Origin: Acidimicrobiales bacterium
GTDB lineage: Bacteria > Actinomycetota > Acidimicrobiia > Acidimicrobiales > AC-9
Direction: 5' to 3'
DNA length: 64,000 nucleotides
NCBI GenBank assembly: GCA_036491125.1
Contig: DASXCO010000059.1
Location: forward strand, 4,981-68,980
A program made the position numbers and the translations under genes. Within the stretch, counting starts at the first letter, position 1. Each line of letters begins with the position of its first letter. This document shows positions 28,964 to 36,703 of this stretch, piece after piece. The notes beneath the pieces were generated by a model that saw only the letters and a list, made by a program, of their open reading frames with translations, had not been told where the DNA came from and searched no databases.

Positions 28964-29578
28964 TCAGCCCGACCAGGCGCGGACGAGCGGACCGCCCCAG
29001 AGCACGGCGAGCACGGCGCCGGCACCGAGAAACGGCGCGAACGGCAGCCGCGCCCTGAAGCCGCCGCCCGTTGCCACCATCAGGACCAACCCGGCGACCG
29101 TCGCCAGCACGAAGCCGAGCACCAATCCCACGGCGACGTGGGAGAGGCCGAGCCAGCCCAGGTAGATGCCGATGAAACCGGCCAGCCGGACGTCGCCGAA
29201 CCCCAGGCCCCGGGGCTGGACCAGATGCACAACGAGCAGGGCGATGAAGGCCAGGGCGCCGCCGGCGACGGCGTCGAGCGCCGCCCGACCGGCGCCGTCG
29301 ACGATCGCCGCCCCGCCGAGCAGCACCACCGTCAGGACCAGGCCGGGCCGCAGGACGCGGTTCGGGATCATCCGGTGCTCCACGTCGACTGCGGCCACGG
29401 TCACCAGGACCGCGAAGAAAAGGCAGTAGGCGGGCAGGACTGGAGTGAGACCGAACCGCACGGCTGCCGCCGCGAACAGGGCCGCCGTCGACAGCTCGGT
29501 GTACGGACGGCCGCGGCGCACGAGCGACCCGGCGCCCAGCCCGCTCGCGGCACAAGCGCCCACCAGCAACGCGGCCAC
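28964..29578 (-). CDS. A24-family prepilin peptidase-like membrane aspartyl protease, lacking an N-terminal methyltransferase domain
   Basis: 204 aa and polytopic. The two Asp motifs are [11 protein letters not shown] and [17 protein letters not shown]. Confidence 0.75.
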   Translation of the reverse strand: MAALLVGACAASGLGAGSLVRRGRPYTELSTAALFAAAAVRFGLTPVLPAYCLFFAVLVTVAAVDVEHRMIPNRVLRPGLVLTVVLLGGAAIVDGAGRAALDAVAGGALAFIALLVVHLVQPRGLGFGDVRLAGFIGIYLGWLGLSHVAVGLVLGFVLATVAGLVLMVATGGGFRARLPFAPFLGAGAVLAVLWGGPLVRAWSG

Positions 29579-29587
29579 CGACGCAGG

Positions 29588-30808
29588 TTAGTAGCGGCGC
29601 CTCGTCAGCGACCCGAAGCGGGACCGGCGCCGGCGGACGGCCCGACGGCGGAGCACCACGGCGACGGTGCCCAGCACGAGAAGGGTCGCGGCCACCCCGA
29701 CAGCAGTGCCGCGAAGCCACCCGCCGAGCAGCCCGACATCCTGGCCCGGAGCCGCGGCGAGCCCGCTCGTCCGGCGGGCGACCGGCTGAGGCGTCGTGAC
29801 GTTGACGGGCGCGGGGACCGACGTCGACGCGGCGGGCAGGTGGTCGACCTTCGACTCGCTGGCGACCGGTGTGGCAAAGCCCTGGTCGAGGAGGGCGCTC
29901 GCCGAACGGTAGATGTCCGGCGACTGGAGGACGACTGCCACCATCGTTCGCCCGTTGCGGGTCGCAGCGGCCATGAATGTGTTCCCCGCCGCCTTCGTGT
30001 AGCCGGTCTTGACGCCGATCGCACCCGGGTACCGGGCCAGGCCCTCATCGACATTGCGGATCACGTGGACCACCCCGTCGGGCGCGGTGAACCGATACTC
30101 GGGCAGGTCCACGATCTGGCTGATGGCGGGGATCGCCAGGGCGGTCCGGGCGATGATGGCCAGGTCGTAGGCGGAGACGAGGTTCCCCCCGCCGACGGAG
30201 AACTGGTCGTCGAGCCCGGCGGGGTCGCGCATGACGGGGTGGTCGACGAGGTGCAGGGCGGCTGCGGTGCGGTCCATCTCGACCGCGAACGCCTCCCGTG
30301 ACCCGCTGACCCGCTCGGCCAGCGCCGTGGCCGCGTCGTTGGCCGACAGCATGAGCATGGCGTGGAGGGTGTCGGTGAACGTCCAGACCTGACCCACCTT
30401 CATGCCCAGGTTCACCGACTCGGTTCCTGCCGCCACGGGGCTCACCGGCACCACGGCGTTCGGGGGCAGCTGCCGGGCCGCGATGATGGCGGTCAGCACC
30501 TTGCTGATGCTGGCGGGCCGCATGGGCGTGTGGTCGTCGGCGGCGTTCACCACGTTGCCCGTGTCGGCGTCGACCACGACCCAGGCTCTCGGCCCGAGCG
30601 GAGGGGCCAGGCCGGGAGTGCCCGGCGGGGGCAGCGCAGCCGGCGGAGGGGCGGGAGCCGCCGGGGTCGGGGCCGGAGCAGCCGCAGACGCGAACTGCGC
30701 CCCCGGCAGCGCAGCCGAGACGATGGCGAGCAGGAGCCCTAGCAGGGTGACGACGGGGTGGCGTCTGACCGCCGACAGATCCACCGGCAAAGAGTAGGAC
30801 CCCGGCAC
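29588..30808 (-). CDS. D-alanyl-D-alanine carboxypeptidase (S11 serine peptidase) with signal sequence and C-terminal TM anchor
   Basis: The SxxK (ASISKVL), SxN (LSANDAA) and KTG (VKTGYT) motifs are present. An Ala/Pro-rich linker follows the signal peptide. Confidence 0.85.
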   Translation of the reverse strand: MPGSYSLPVDLSAVRRHPVVTLLGLLLAIVSAALPGAQFASAAAPAPTPAAPAPPPAALPPPGTPGLAPPLGPRAWVVVDADTGNVVNAADDHTPMRPASISKVLTAIIAARQLPPNAVVPVSPVAAGTESVNLGMKVGQVWTFTDTLHAMLMLSANDAATALAERVSGSREAFAVEMDRTAAALHLVDHPVMRDPAGLDDQFSVGGGNLVSAYDLAIIARTALAIPAISQIVDLPEYRFTAPDGVVHVIRNVDEGLARYPGAIGVKTGYTKAAGNTFMAAATRNGRTMVAVVLQSPDIYRSASALLDQGFATPVASESKVDHLPAASTSVPAPVNVTTPQPVARRTSGLAAAPGQDVGLLGGWLRGTAVGVAATLLVLGTVAVVLRRRAVRRRRSRFGSLTRRRY

Positions 30809-30856
30809 GTACCGCGTACTGCGCGGCGACCGGCGTGCTTCGTTTTGACCCTCTTG

Positions 30857-31522
30857 TTACTTCTTGGCCGGCTCGAAGTACGGGTTGTCGCCGCTGGCGT
30901 GGTCCGTGACGTCGACCACCGATGCCACCTCGGGAATGGCGTCAATGATCGCCACCTCGATGCCCTGGCTGAGCGTCACCTTGGCGAGACCGCATCCCTG
31001 GCAGCCGCCGCTCAGGCGGAGGTAGGCAGTGGCATCCTCGACGGCCACCAGATCGGCCCGGCCCCCGTGGGCGGCGATGCTGGGATTGATCTGGCTGTCG
31101 AGGACGGCGACCACCCGCTGCGCCACGTCGCCGCTCAGGTCGGCCGGCGGCCGGTCACCCATGGCCGGGCTACCCGTCGGAGGCGGGGAGTTGGGGTTGA
31201 TGATCACCATCCCCGCGTCCTCGCCGGCGCCACTCACGTCGAGGGTGGCCCCGCGGACCTTCTCCACGCTGGCCTCGGGAATCACGACCGTGAGATCGTC
31301 GTCGTGTTGCACCAGATCGTCCGGACCGGCGTCCGCCGCCGCCTCGAAGTACATGTCGTAGGTGTAGTTGGAGCCCGTGACCCCGTTGACCTCCAGCCAG
31401 AGAGCGAGGCGATCGCCGTCGGTCTCCGACGACCGGACGTCGAGCACCATCCCACGAGCCCGATCGCTCACCTTCAGCACGGGCTGGAACTCAGGAGTCT
31501 GCTGCGAGCTCATATCCTCCAT
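30857..31522 (-). CDS. NfuA-like Fe-S cluster carrier: degenerate A-type (HesB-like) N-domain plus Nfu C-domain
   Basis: C-terminal Nfu domain INPSIAAHGGRADLVAVEDATAYLRLSGGCQGCG (CxxC). The N-domain VLKVSDRARGMVLDV...LALWLEVNG lacks the A-type Cys residues. Candidate ATG starts are at 31522 and 31513. Confidence 0.8.
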   Translation of the reverse strand: MEDMSSQQTPEFQPVLKVSDRARGMVLDVRSSETDGDRLALWLEVNGVTGSNYTYDMYFEAAADAGPDDLVQHDDDLTVVIPEASVEKVRGATLDVSGAGEDAGMVIINPNSPPPTGSPAMGDRPPADLSGDVAQRVVAVLDSQINPSIAAHGGRADLVAVEDATAYLRLSGGCQGCGLAKVTLSQGIEVAIIDAIPEVASVVDVTDHASGDNPYFEPAKK

Positions 31523-31531
31523 GATAGGTCC

Positions 31532-32770
31532 GTGGCTCGTCTTCTCCTGATCCTTCCCACAGCCACCTACCGGGCGACCGACTTTCTCGACGCTGCCGCC
31601 GAGGTCGGCGCCGAGGTGGTCGTGGCCTCGGAACGCCGCCAGGTGCTGGCCGAGACGATGAAGGACCGGTTCCTCCAGATCGACCTGCGGCGCCCGGAAG
31701 CGGCCGCGGCATCCATCGTCGCCGCCTCCCGCACACGCCGGATCGACGGCATCGTGGCCGTCGACGACCAGGGGGTCCTGGCCGCGGCGCTGGCTGCCGG
31801 CCAGCTGGACCTCCCTCACAACCCTCCGACGGCGGTCATGGCTACGAGGAACAAGCTGGCCATGCGGGACACCCTGGCTGAGGCCGGCGTGCCGCAGCCT
31901 CGGTACACCAGCGTCGGCCCCAACGACGACGTCGGCGACGCGGCCGCAACGGTGGGCTTTCCGTGCGTGATCAAGCCGACGTCCCTGTCTGCAAGCCGCG
32001 GCGTCATCAGGGCGGACGACCCGCCGGGAGCCAAGCTCGCCGGTGACCGGGTGAGGGCCATCGCGGCCGCCGCCGGCGAGGACCCCGCCGGTCCGCTCCT
32101 GGTGGAGGCCTACGTGGCCGGTGCCGAGGTGGCTGTCGAGGGCCTGCTCAGGGACGGAGTGCTGGAGACGCTGGCCGTGTTCGACAAGCCGGATCCGCTC
32201 GAGGGGCCCTACTTCGAGGAGACGATCTACGTCACGCCGTCCCGGCTGCCGGCGGCGGCCACGGCGGCCGTGGAGCGGACGGCGGCCGCCGCCTGCGCCG
32301 CCATGGGCCTGGTCGAGGGTCCGGTCCACGTCGAGCTGCGGACCGATGGAACGGCGACCTGGCTGATCGAGGTGGCGGCCCGCTCGATCGGGGGCCTGTG
32401 CTCACGCTCGCTGTCCTTCGGGGTCGGCCTCAGCCTCGAGCGGCTGATCGTGGCCCACGCCCTGCGCGAGCCCCTCGAGGGCCTCGCCCGGGAGCGTCGG
32501 GCGGCGGGGGTGATGATGCTCCCGATCCCCGCCCGAGGCCGCCTCGAGACGGTGACCGGTCAGAACGAGGCCCGCCAGGTACAGGGCATCACCGAGCTGG
32601 ACATCTCGATCGCGCCGGGCCGACTGGTTCGTCCGCTTCCCGAAGGCGACCGGTACCTCGGCTTCCTGTTCGCCAAGGGCGATACGCCCGAAGAGGTCGA
32701 GGCCAGCCTGCGCCGGGCCCACGCCCACCTCGACGTACGGGTCGTCGAAGACGACCAGGACGACGATTAG
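31532..32770 (+). CDS. ATP-grasp domain ligase (carboxylate-amine / L-amino-acid-ligase-like)
   Basis: Motifs (V)ARLLLILPTATYRATDF, FPCVIKPTSLSASRGV, LLVEAYVAGAEVAVEG and HVELRTDGTATWLIEVAARSIGG. The start is the GTG at 31532. The upstream part of the ORF-track frame is antisense to the nfu-like gene. Confidence 0.8.
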   Translation: MARLLLILPTATYRATDFLDAAAEVGAEVVVASERRQVLAETMKDRFLQIDLRRPEAAAASIVAASRTRRIDGIVAVDDQGVLAAALAAGQLDLPHNPPTAVMATRNKLAMRDTLAEAGVPQPRYTSVGPNDDVGDAAATVGFPCVIKPTSLSASRGVIRADDPPGAKLAGDRVRAIAAAAGEDPAGPLLVEAYVAGAEVAVEGLLRDGVLETLAVFDKPDPLEGPYFEETIYVTPSRLPAAATAAVERTAAAACAAMGLVEGPVHVELRTDGTATWLIEVAARSIGGLCSRSLSFGVGLSLERLIVAHALREPLEGLARERRAAGVMMLPIPARGRLETVTGQNEARQVQGITELDISIAPGRLVRPLPEGDRYLGFLFAKGDTPEEVEASLRRAHAHLDVRVVEDDQDDD

Positions 32771-32771
32771 C

Positions 32772-34229
32772 GTGGCCAGAGTGAGAGTGCTGGTCATGTC
32801 GACCTACGAGCTTGGTCATCAGCCTCTCCACGTCGCCTCCCCCGCGGCAGCGCTGGCGGGGGCCGGCCACGAGGTGCGCTGTCTGGATCTGTCGGTGCAG
32901 CGGTGGGACGAGCTGGGGCCCGAGGCGGTGGACTGGGCCGACGCGGTGGCCTTCTCGGTGCCCATGCACACCGCCATGCGGCTGGCTCTGGCCGCCGCCA
33001 CCGCGATGCGACAGCGCCGTCCCGAGCTGCCTCTGTGCTTCTACGGCCTCTACGCCCCCATGGCCGGCGACCCCGATGTCGCCGCCCTCGTTGACCGGGC
33101 GATCGCCGGCGAGTACGAGCCGGCCCTCCTCGCCTGGGTCGCTCAGGTTGGTGATGAAGGCCGCCCCGGCGCCAGCCCGGTCACCGTGGAGCTGGGGAGG
33201 GGCCGGTTCTCGGCGCCCGCCCGTCATCTACTCCCCCCGCTCGATCGCTACGCCCGCCTGGCCGTCGACGGTGAGGAGCGCCAGGTCGGGTACGTGGAGG
33301 CCAGCCACGGCTGCGCGCACCGTTGTCGCCACTGCCCCGTGCCGGTCGTCTATGACGGCCGCACCCGCCTCGTCGGGGAGGACGTGATCGTCGCCGACGT
33401 CGCCGACCTGGTGGACATGGGCGCGCGGCACATCACATTCGGCGACCCCGACTTCCTGAACGGCCCGCATCACTCGCTCAGGGTGGTGCGGGCGATCCAC
33501 GACCGCTTCCCGCAGCTCACTTTCGACTGCACGACCAAGGTGGAGCACATCCTTGCGCACCACCAGATCTGGGAGGAGATGGCGGCCGCCGGGTGCCTGT
33601 TCGTGGTGTCGGCGTTCGAGTCTGTGAACGACGAGATCCTGGCCCGCCTGGACAAAGGCCACACGGCCGCCGACTCCTCCGCCGCCATCCAGATCGTGCG
33701 GGCTCACGGGATCGAGCCCCGTCCGTCGTGGCTGCCCTTCACGCCTTGGACATCGGTGCAGGACGTGGCGGACATCGTGGACTTCGTCGCCCGCCACGAC
33801 CTCGTGCCCAACGTCGACCCGGTCCAGTACAGCATCCGGCTCCTCGTACCCCAGGGCTCCCTGATCCTGCGTGACGCCGAGTTGCCACTCGGCCCCTACG
33901 ACCCCGATCTCCTGAGTTACACGTGGCGATCTCCCGACGCCGGGGTGGACGCGCTCCAGGCCGAGCTGGCGTCCATCGCCGAGCGGGCGGCTGCCGACGG
34001 CGAGGCAGCGGGGACCACGTATCTGCGCATCCGGCGCGCTGTCAACGAGGCCGTGAACGGTCGAAGTCACGGCGAGCGCACGGGCGACACCGACAACGGC
34101 GCCGACGACATGACGGCGCTCGTTGGCGCCCGATCGGGAGCGGAACGACCCCGCCTGACCGAGCCGTGGTTCTGCTGTGCAGAGCCGACCGCCGGCCAGC
34201 TCGGCTCACTCGGCCAGCTGTCCGACTGA
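32772..34229 (+). CDS. Radical SAM enzyme with an N-terminal B12-binding-like domain and a C-terminal CCAEP tail
   Basis: CX3CX2C motif SHGCAHRCRHCPV (C181/C185/C188). The N-terminal Rossmann-like domain is VRVLVMSTYELGHQPLHVASPAAAL...AVAFSVPMHTA. The C-terminus reads ...EPWFCCAEPTAGQLGSLGQLSD. The start lies 1 nt after the ATP-grasp stop. Confidence 0.85.
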   Translation: MARVRVLVMSTYELGHQPLHVASPAAALAGAGHEVRCLDLSVQRWDELGPEAVDWADAVAFSVPMHTAMRLALAAATAMRQRRPELPLCFYGLYAPMAGDPDVAALVDRAIAGEYEPALLAWVAQVGDEGRPGASPVTVELGRGRFSAPARHLLPPLDRYARLAVDGEERQVGYVEASHGCAHRCRHCPVPVVYDGRTRLVGEDVIVADVADLVDMGARHITFGDPDFLNGPHHSLRVVRAIHDRFPQLTFDCTTKVEHILAHHQIWEEMAAAGCLFVVSAFESVNDEILARLDKGHTAADSSAAIQIVRAHGIEPRPSWLPFTPWTSVQDVADIVDFVARHDLVPNVDPVQYSIRLLVPQGSLILRDAELPLGPYDPDLLSYTWRSPDAGVDALQAELASIAERAAADGEAAGTTYLRIRRAVNEAVNGRSHGERTGDTDNGADDMTALVGARSGAERPRLTEPWFCCAEPTAGQLGSLGQLSD

Positions 34230-34289
34230 CCGTCGCGGAAAACCGCGGTAGATACCGCCCCGGCGGCCACGGGCACGACTACCGTTGCC

Positions 34290-35057
34290 GTGATGGCGCG
34301 GTCGCGACGCAACGGCAAGCAGCCCGATGACGTGCACGAGTGGGTGAGCTTCGAGGATCCCGACGAGGACCGGACGTGGGTGTTCGACGTCACGTTCCTC
34401 CTGAGCTCGTGGAGCTGCATCTTCGGTCGCGGCTGCCAGGGCGTCCTCACAGCGGCCGCTCCCGAGCTGGGCCAAGGCTGCTGCTCCTACGGCGCCCACT
34501 TCACCGACGACGAGGACGCAGCCCGCGTGGAGCGGGTGGCGGCCACGCTTGGACCAGACCAGTGGCAGCTCGCCCATCGAGCGCGGTCTGGTCCGCTCAA
34601 GCGCACCAGGTCGGGCGACCTGGCGACGAGGATCGTCGACGGGGCCTGCATCTTCTTGAACCGGCCCGAGTTCGCAGGGGGCGCCGGCTGTGCCCTCCAC
34701 CTCGCCGCCCTGGAGCAGCACCGGTCCCCGATGGACCTGAAACCCAACGTGTGCTGGCAGCTGCCATTGCGACTCGAGGACGACGCCAGCGACGACGGGC
34801 ACGTGACGACGACCGTCGGGCAGTGGGAGCGCCGGCACTGGGGCGCCGGCGGGGCCGAGTTCCACTGGTGGTGCACCGAGGCTCCGGATGCCTTCGTCGG
34901 CGCCGAGCCAGTGTTCCGCACGCTGCGCGACGAGCTCATCGCCCTCGTCGGGCGGGATCCCTACGATCGCGTGAGCCGCTACCTCACTGACCGCTACTTC
35001 AACGGCAGCGCCTACCCGGCTGTACCGGTGCCCCACCCCGCCGTTCGCCGCCGCTGA
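34290..35057 (+). CDS. Cys-rich conserved protein, YkgJ/UPF0153-like putative Fe-S or zinc-binding protein
   Basis: 255 aa with 8 Cys: WSCIFGRGC, GCCSYGA, DGACIFLNRPEFAGGAGCALH, KPNVCWQLPL and WWC. The composition is protein-like (W, F, D and E are frequent). Confidence 0.7.
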   Translation: MMARSRRNGKQPDDVHEWVSFEDPDEDRTWVFDVTFLLSSWSCIFGRGCQGVLTAAAPELGQGCCSYGAHFTDDEDAARVERVAATLGPDQWQLAHRARSGPLKRTRSGDLATRIVDGACIFLNRPEFAGGAGCALHLAALEQHRSPMDLKPNVCWQLPLRLEDDASDDGHVTTTVGQWERRHWGAGGAEFHWWCTEAPDAFVGAEPVFRTLRDELIALVGRDPYDRVSRYLTDRYFNGSAYPAVPVPHPAVRRR

Positions 35058-35096
35058 GCATCGGATGTGCCGGCCGCGGGGCGCGGACCGACGGAG

Positions 35097-35282
35097 TCAG
35101 CCTTCCTCGTCGAGCTCCTCGGCCTCGGCCAGACACCACGACGCGTGGCCCTGCCGAGGGTCGGCTCCGCACTCCGGGCACTGCTCTGCAGCGCCATCCG
35201 CGTCACGCACCGTGAGTTGACCCTGCTGTCCGAGCTTCAACGTGCGTGCCTCTTCGAAGCGCCGGTGACGTCCCTTCTTCAC
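35097..35282 (-). CDS. Small hypothetical protein with a CxxC...HxxxC zinc-knuckle-like motif and an acidic tail
   Basis: (V)KKGRHRRFEEARTLKLGQQGQLTVRDADGAAEQCPECGADPRQGHASWCLAEAEELDEEG. The GTG at 35282 was chosen as the start; a GTG at 35333 is also possible. There is no homology evidence. Confidence 0.4.
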   Translation of the reverse strand: MKKGRHRRFEEARTLKLGQQGQLTVRDADGAAEQCPECGADPRQGHASWCLAEAEELDEEG

Positions 35283-35388
35283 GAGCCGCTCCCAAGTGTC
35301 GACAGGTGCTGTGGCGACAGTGTACCCCGCCACCCTTGCGATCAAGCTCCCCCGGAGCCGCCCAGGAAACTCGCTAGGGTCTGGCGCG

Positions 35389-35628
35389 ATGCCCGAGGAG
35401 CTTGACGTTGGAGCCATGATAGAGCGTTTTCGGCAGCGGGCCGCGGCAGTGCGCAGCCGGGGCCTTCCGCCCGTCGAGGGCGCCGAGCGCCGACGCTTCG
35501 CCGAGCAGGCCCAACGCGACTTCATGGACTTCGCCATGATCGGCGACGCCGACGGGACGCTCGACGACGGGATCCTTACGCTGCGCATCGATCTGCGCCC
35601 CCCGGACGGCGAGGGAGCCCGGGGCTAG
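35389..35628 (+). CDS. Small hypothetical protein (79 aa)
   Basis: MPEELDVGAMIERFRQRAAAVRSRGLPPVEGAERRRFAEQAQRDFMDFAMIGDADGTLDDGILTLRIDL. The composition is protein-like, and the ATG at 35389 lies within the ORF-track frame. I do not recognise the family. Confidence 0.4.
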   Translation: MPEELDVGAMIERFRQRAAAVRSRGLPPVEGAERRRFAEQAQRDFMDFAMIGDADGTLDDGILTLRIDLRPPDGEGARG

Positions 35629-35728
35629 AGGCGCACGGTCGGTCGGGTGGCGGGCGGGCGCCGTCGTGGCGGCCGTCCCGGGTCCCCCGTGCGGGGGAGC
35701 TCGATCGGGGCGACTTCCGCTCCCGAGG

Positions 35729-36280
35729 CTACGGTCGGACGATCTCGTCGACGATGCCGTAGCTGCACGCGTCCTCCGCAGACAGGTGTCGAGCGAGGCG
35801 CACGTCCGCCTCGACGTGCTCGAAGGGCTGGCCGGTCGCCTCGGCCAGGCGGTGCAGATAGCTCCTCACCCGGGTCTCGAGATCGGTCGCCCGCCGGTGG
35901 AGGTCGGTCGCCGCCCCCGAGAGCTCGGCGGTCGGCTCTCGCAGGTGGATGCGCCCGAGGGCGCCGATGCGCCGGTGGGCGCAGACGGCGAGCACGCCCG
36001 CGATGGTGCCGCCGACGGTGCTGGCGACCGTGGCGTTGACCTCGACGCCGAGGACATCGATGGTGTCGATGAGGATGAAGGCGACGTCCAGCGAGTCGGA
36101 CTCGGCGTTCAGGCGCAGCTCGACCGGGTCGTCGCCGAGGGCGTCCAAGGTCATGACGGTGGCCGCTGCGTCGCTGGCCCGTGCCGCGTCGATTGTGCCG
36201 CTGAGGAGGATGATCCTCCGGTCGAGCAGCGCCCGCTCGGCCGACAGGTGAGACCCCTCGGAGGGAGACGGCCCCGTCAC
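35729..36280 (-). CDS. Divergent ClpP-fold (S14-like) protein that probably lacks the Ser nucleophile
   Basis: By eye it aligns along its full length with the neighbouring ClpP (LLDRRIILLSGTID, SAEDACSYGIVDEIV). However, INSPGG is replaced by LNAESDS, and the GMSA nucleophile block aligns with VGGT. The GTG overlaps the XRE stop (GTGA). Confidence 0.7.
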   Translation of the reverse strand: MTGPSPSEGSHLSAERALLDRRIILLSGTIDAARASDAAATVMTLDALGDDPVELRLNAESDSLDVAFILIDTIDVLGVEVNATVASTVGGTIAGVLAVCAHRRIGALGRIHLREPTAELSGAATDLHRRATDLETRVRSYLHRLAEATGQPFEHVEADVRLARHLSAEDACSYGIVDEIVRP

Positions 36281-36663
36281 GGCTCGCCTGCTCGGCCCGA
36301 TGCGGGACCGTCGCCCCGACCGGCGCCGTGCTCGTCGGGCGCGCCGAGACGCCAGTCGATGACCTGGTCGACGGCGGCGGCGTAGCGCTCGAGGCTCGAG
36401 AGGCGGACGTCACCCTGGCCCGACTCGAGGCGGGCCACGGCCGATTGTGATGTGCCCATGCGGGCCGCAACCTCGGTCTGGGACATCCCCACCTCCTGCC
36501 GCCTCGCCACCAGCGACTCGGCCAGCGCCCGCCGACGACGGGCCATCTCGCCGAAGCCGGGCAGGTAGCGATCGTGGCGCCGCTCAGCCAAGGGTGCCCT
36601 CGCCAACGGTGCGCTCGCCAACGGTCGATCCGTACGCCGCCGGACGACGTCCTTCCATGTCAA
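36277..36663 (-). CDS. XRE-family helix-turn-helix transcriptional regulator
   Basis: HTH segment GMSQTEVAARMGTSQSAVARLESGQGDVRLSSLERYAAAV. The TTG start at 36663 is preceded by the SD sequence AAGGAG (36680-36675). An alternative ATG lies at 36546. Confidence 0.75.
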   Translation of the reverse strand: MTWKDVVRRRTDRPLASAPLARAPLAERRHDRYLPGFGEMARRRRALAESLVARRQEVGMSQTEVAARMGTSQSAVARLESGQGDVRLSSLERYAAAVDQVIDWRLGAPDEHGAGRGDGPASGRAGEP

Positions 36664-36703
36664 AGATGATAACTCTCCTTTGATATCGCATGTATGGTAT
36701 CAA
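36660..36703. promoter_or_regulatory. AT-rich divergent promoter/operator region with two overlapping inverted repeats
   Basis: TCAAAG-N12-CTTTGA (36660-36683) and TTGATA-N12-TATCAA (36680-36703). TANNNT-type -10 candidates are TATGGT (plus strand, 36693-36698) and TACCAT (minus strand, 36700-36695). Confidence 0.4.

Noticed and set aside
32772-34229. Possible selenocysteine (in-frame TGA with SECIS) in the CCAEP-tail radical SAM gene
   Set aside because: The frame is open to the TGA stop at 34227-34229, and the tail reads TGC TGT (Cys-Cys). This copy is therefore the Cys form.
35729-36280. ClpP-fold protein considered as a phage prohead (S14/S49) protease marking a prophage
   Set aside because: No capsid, portal, terminase or integrase genes, att-like repeats or compositional shift are present nearby. 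The protein aligns colinearly with cellular ClpP.
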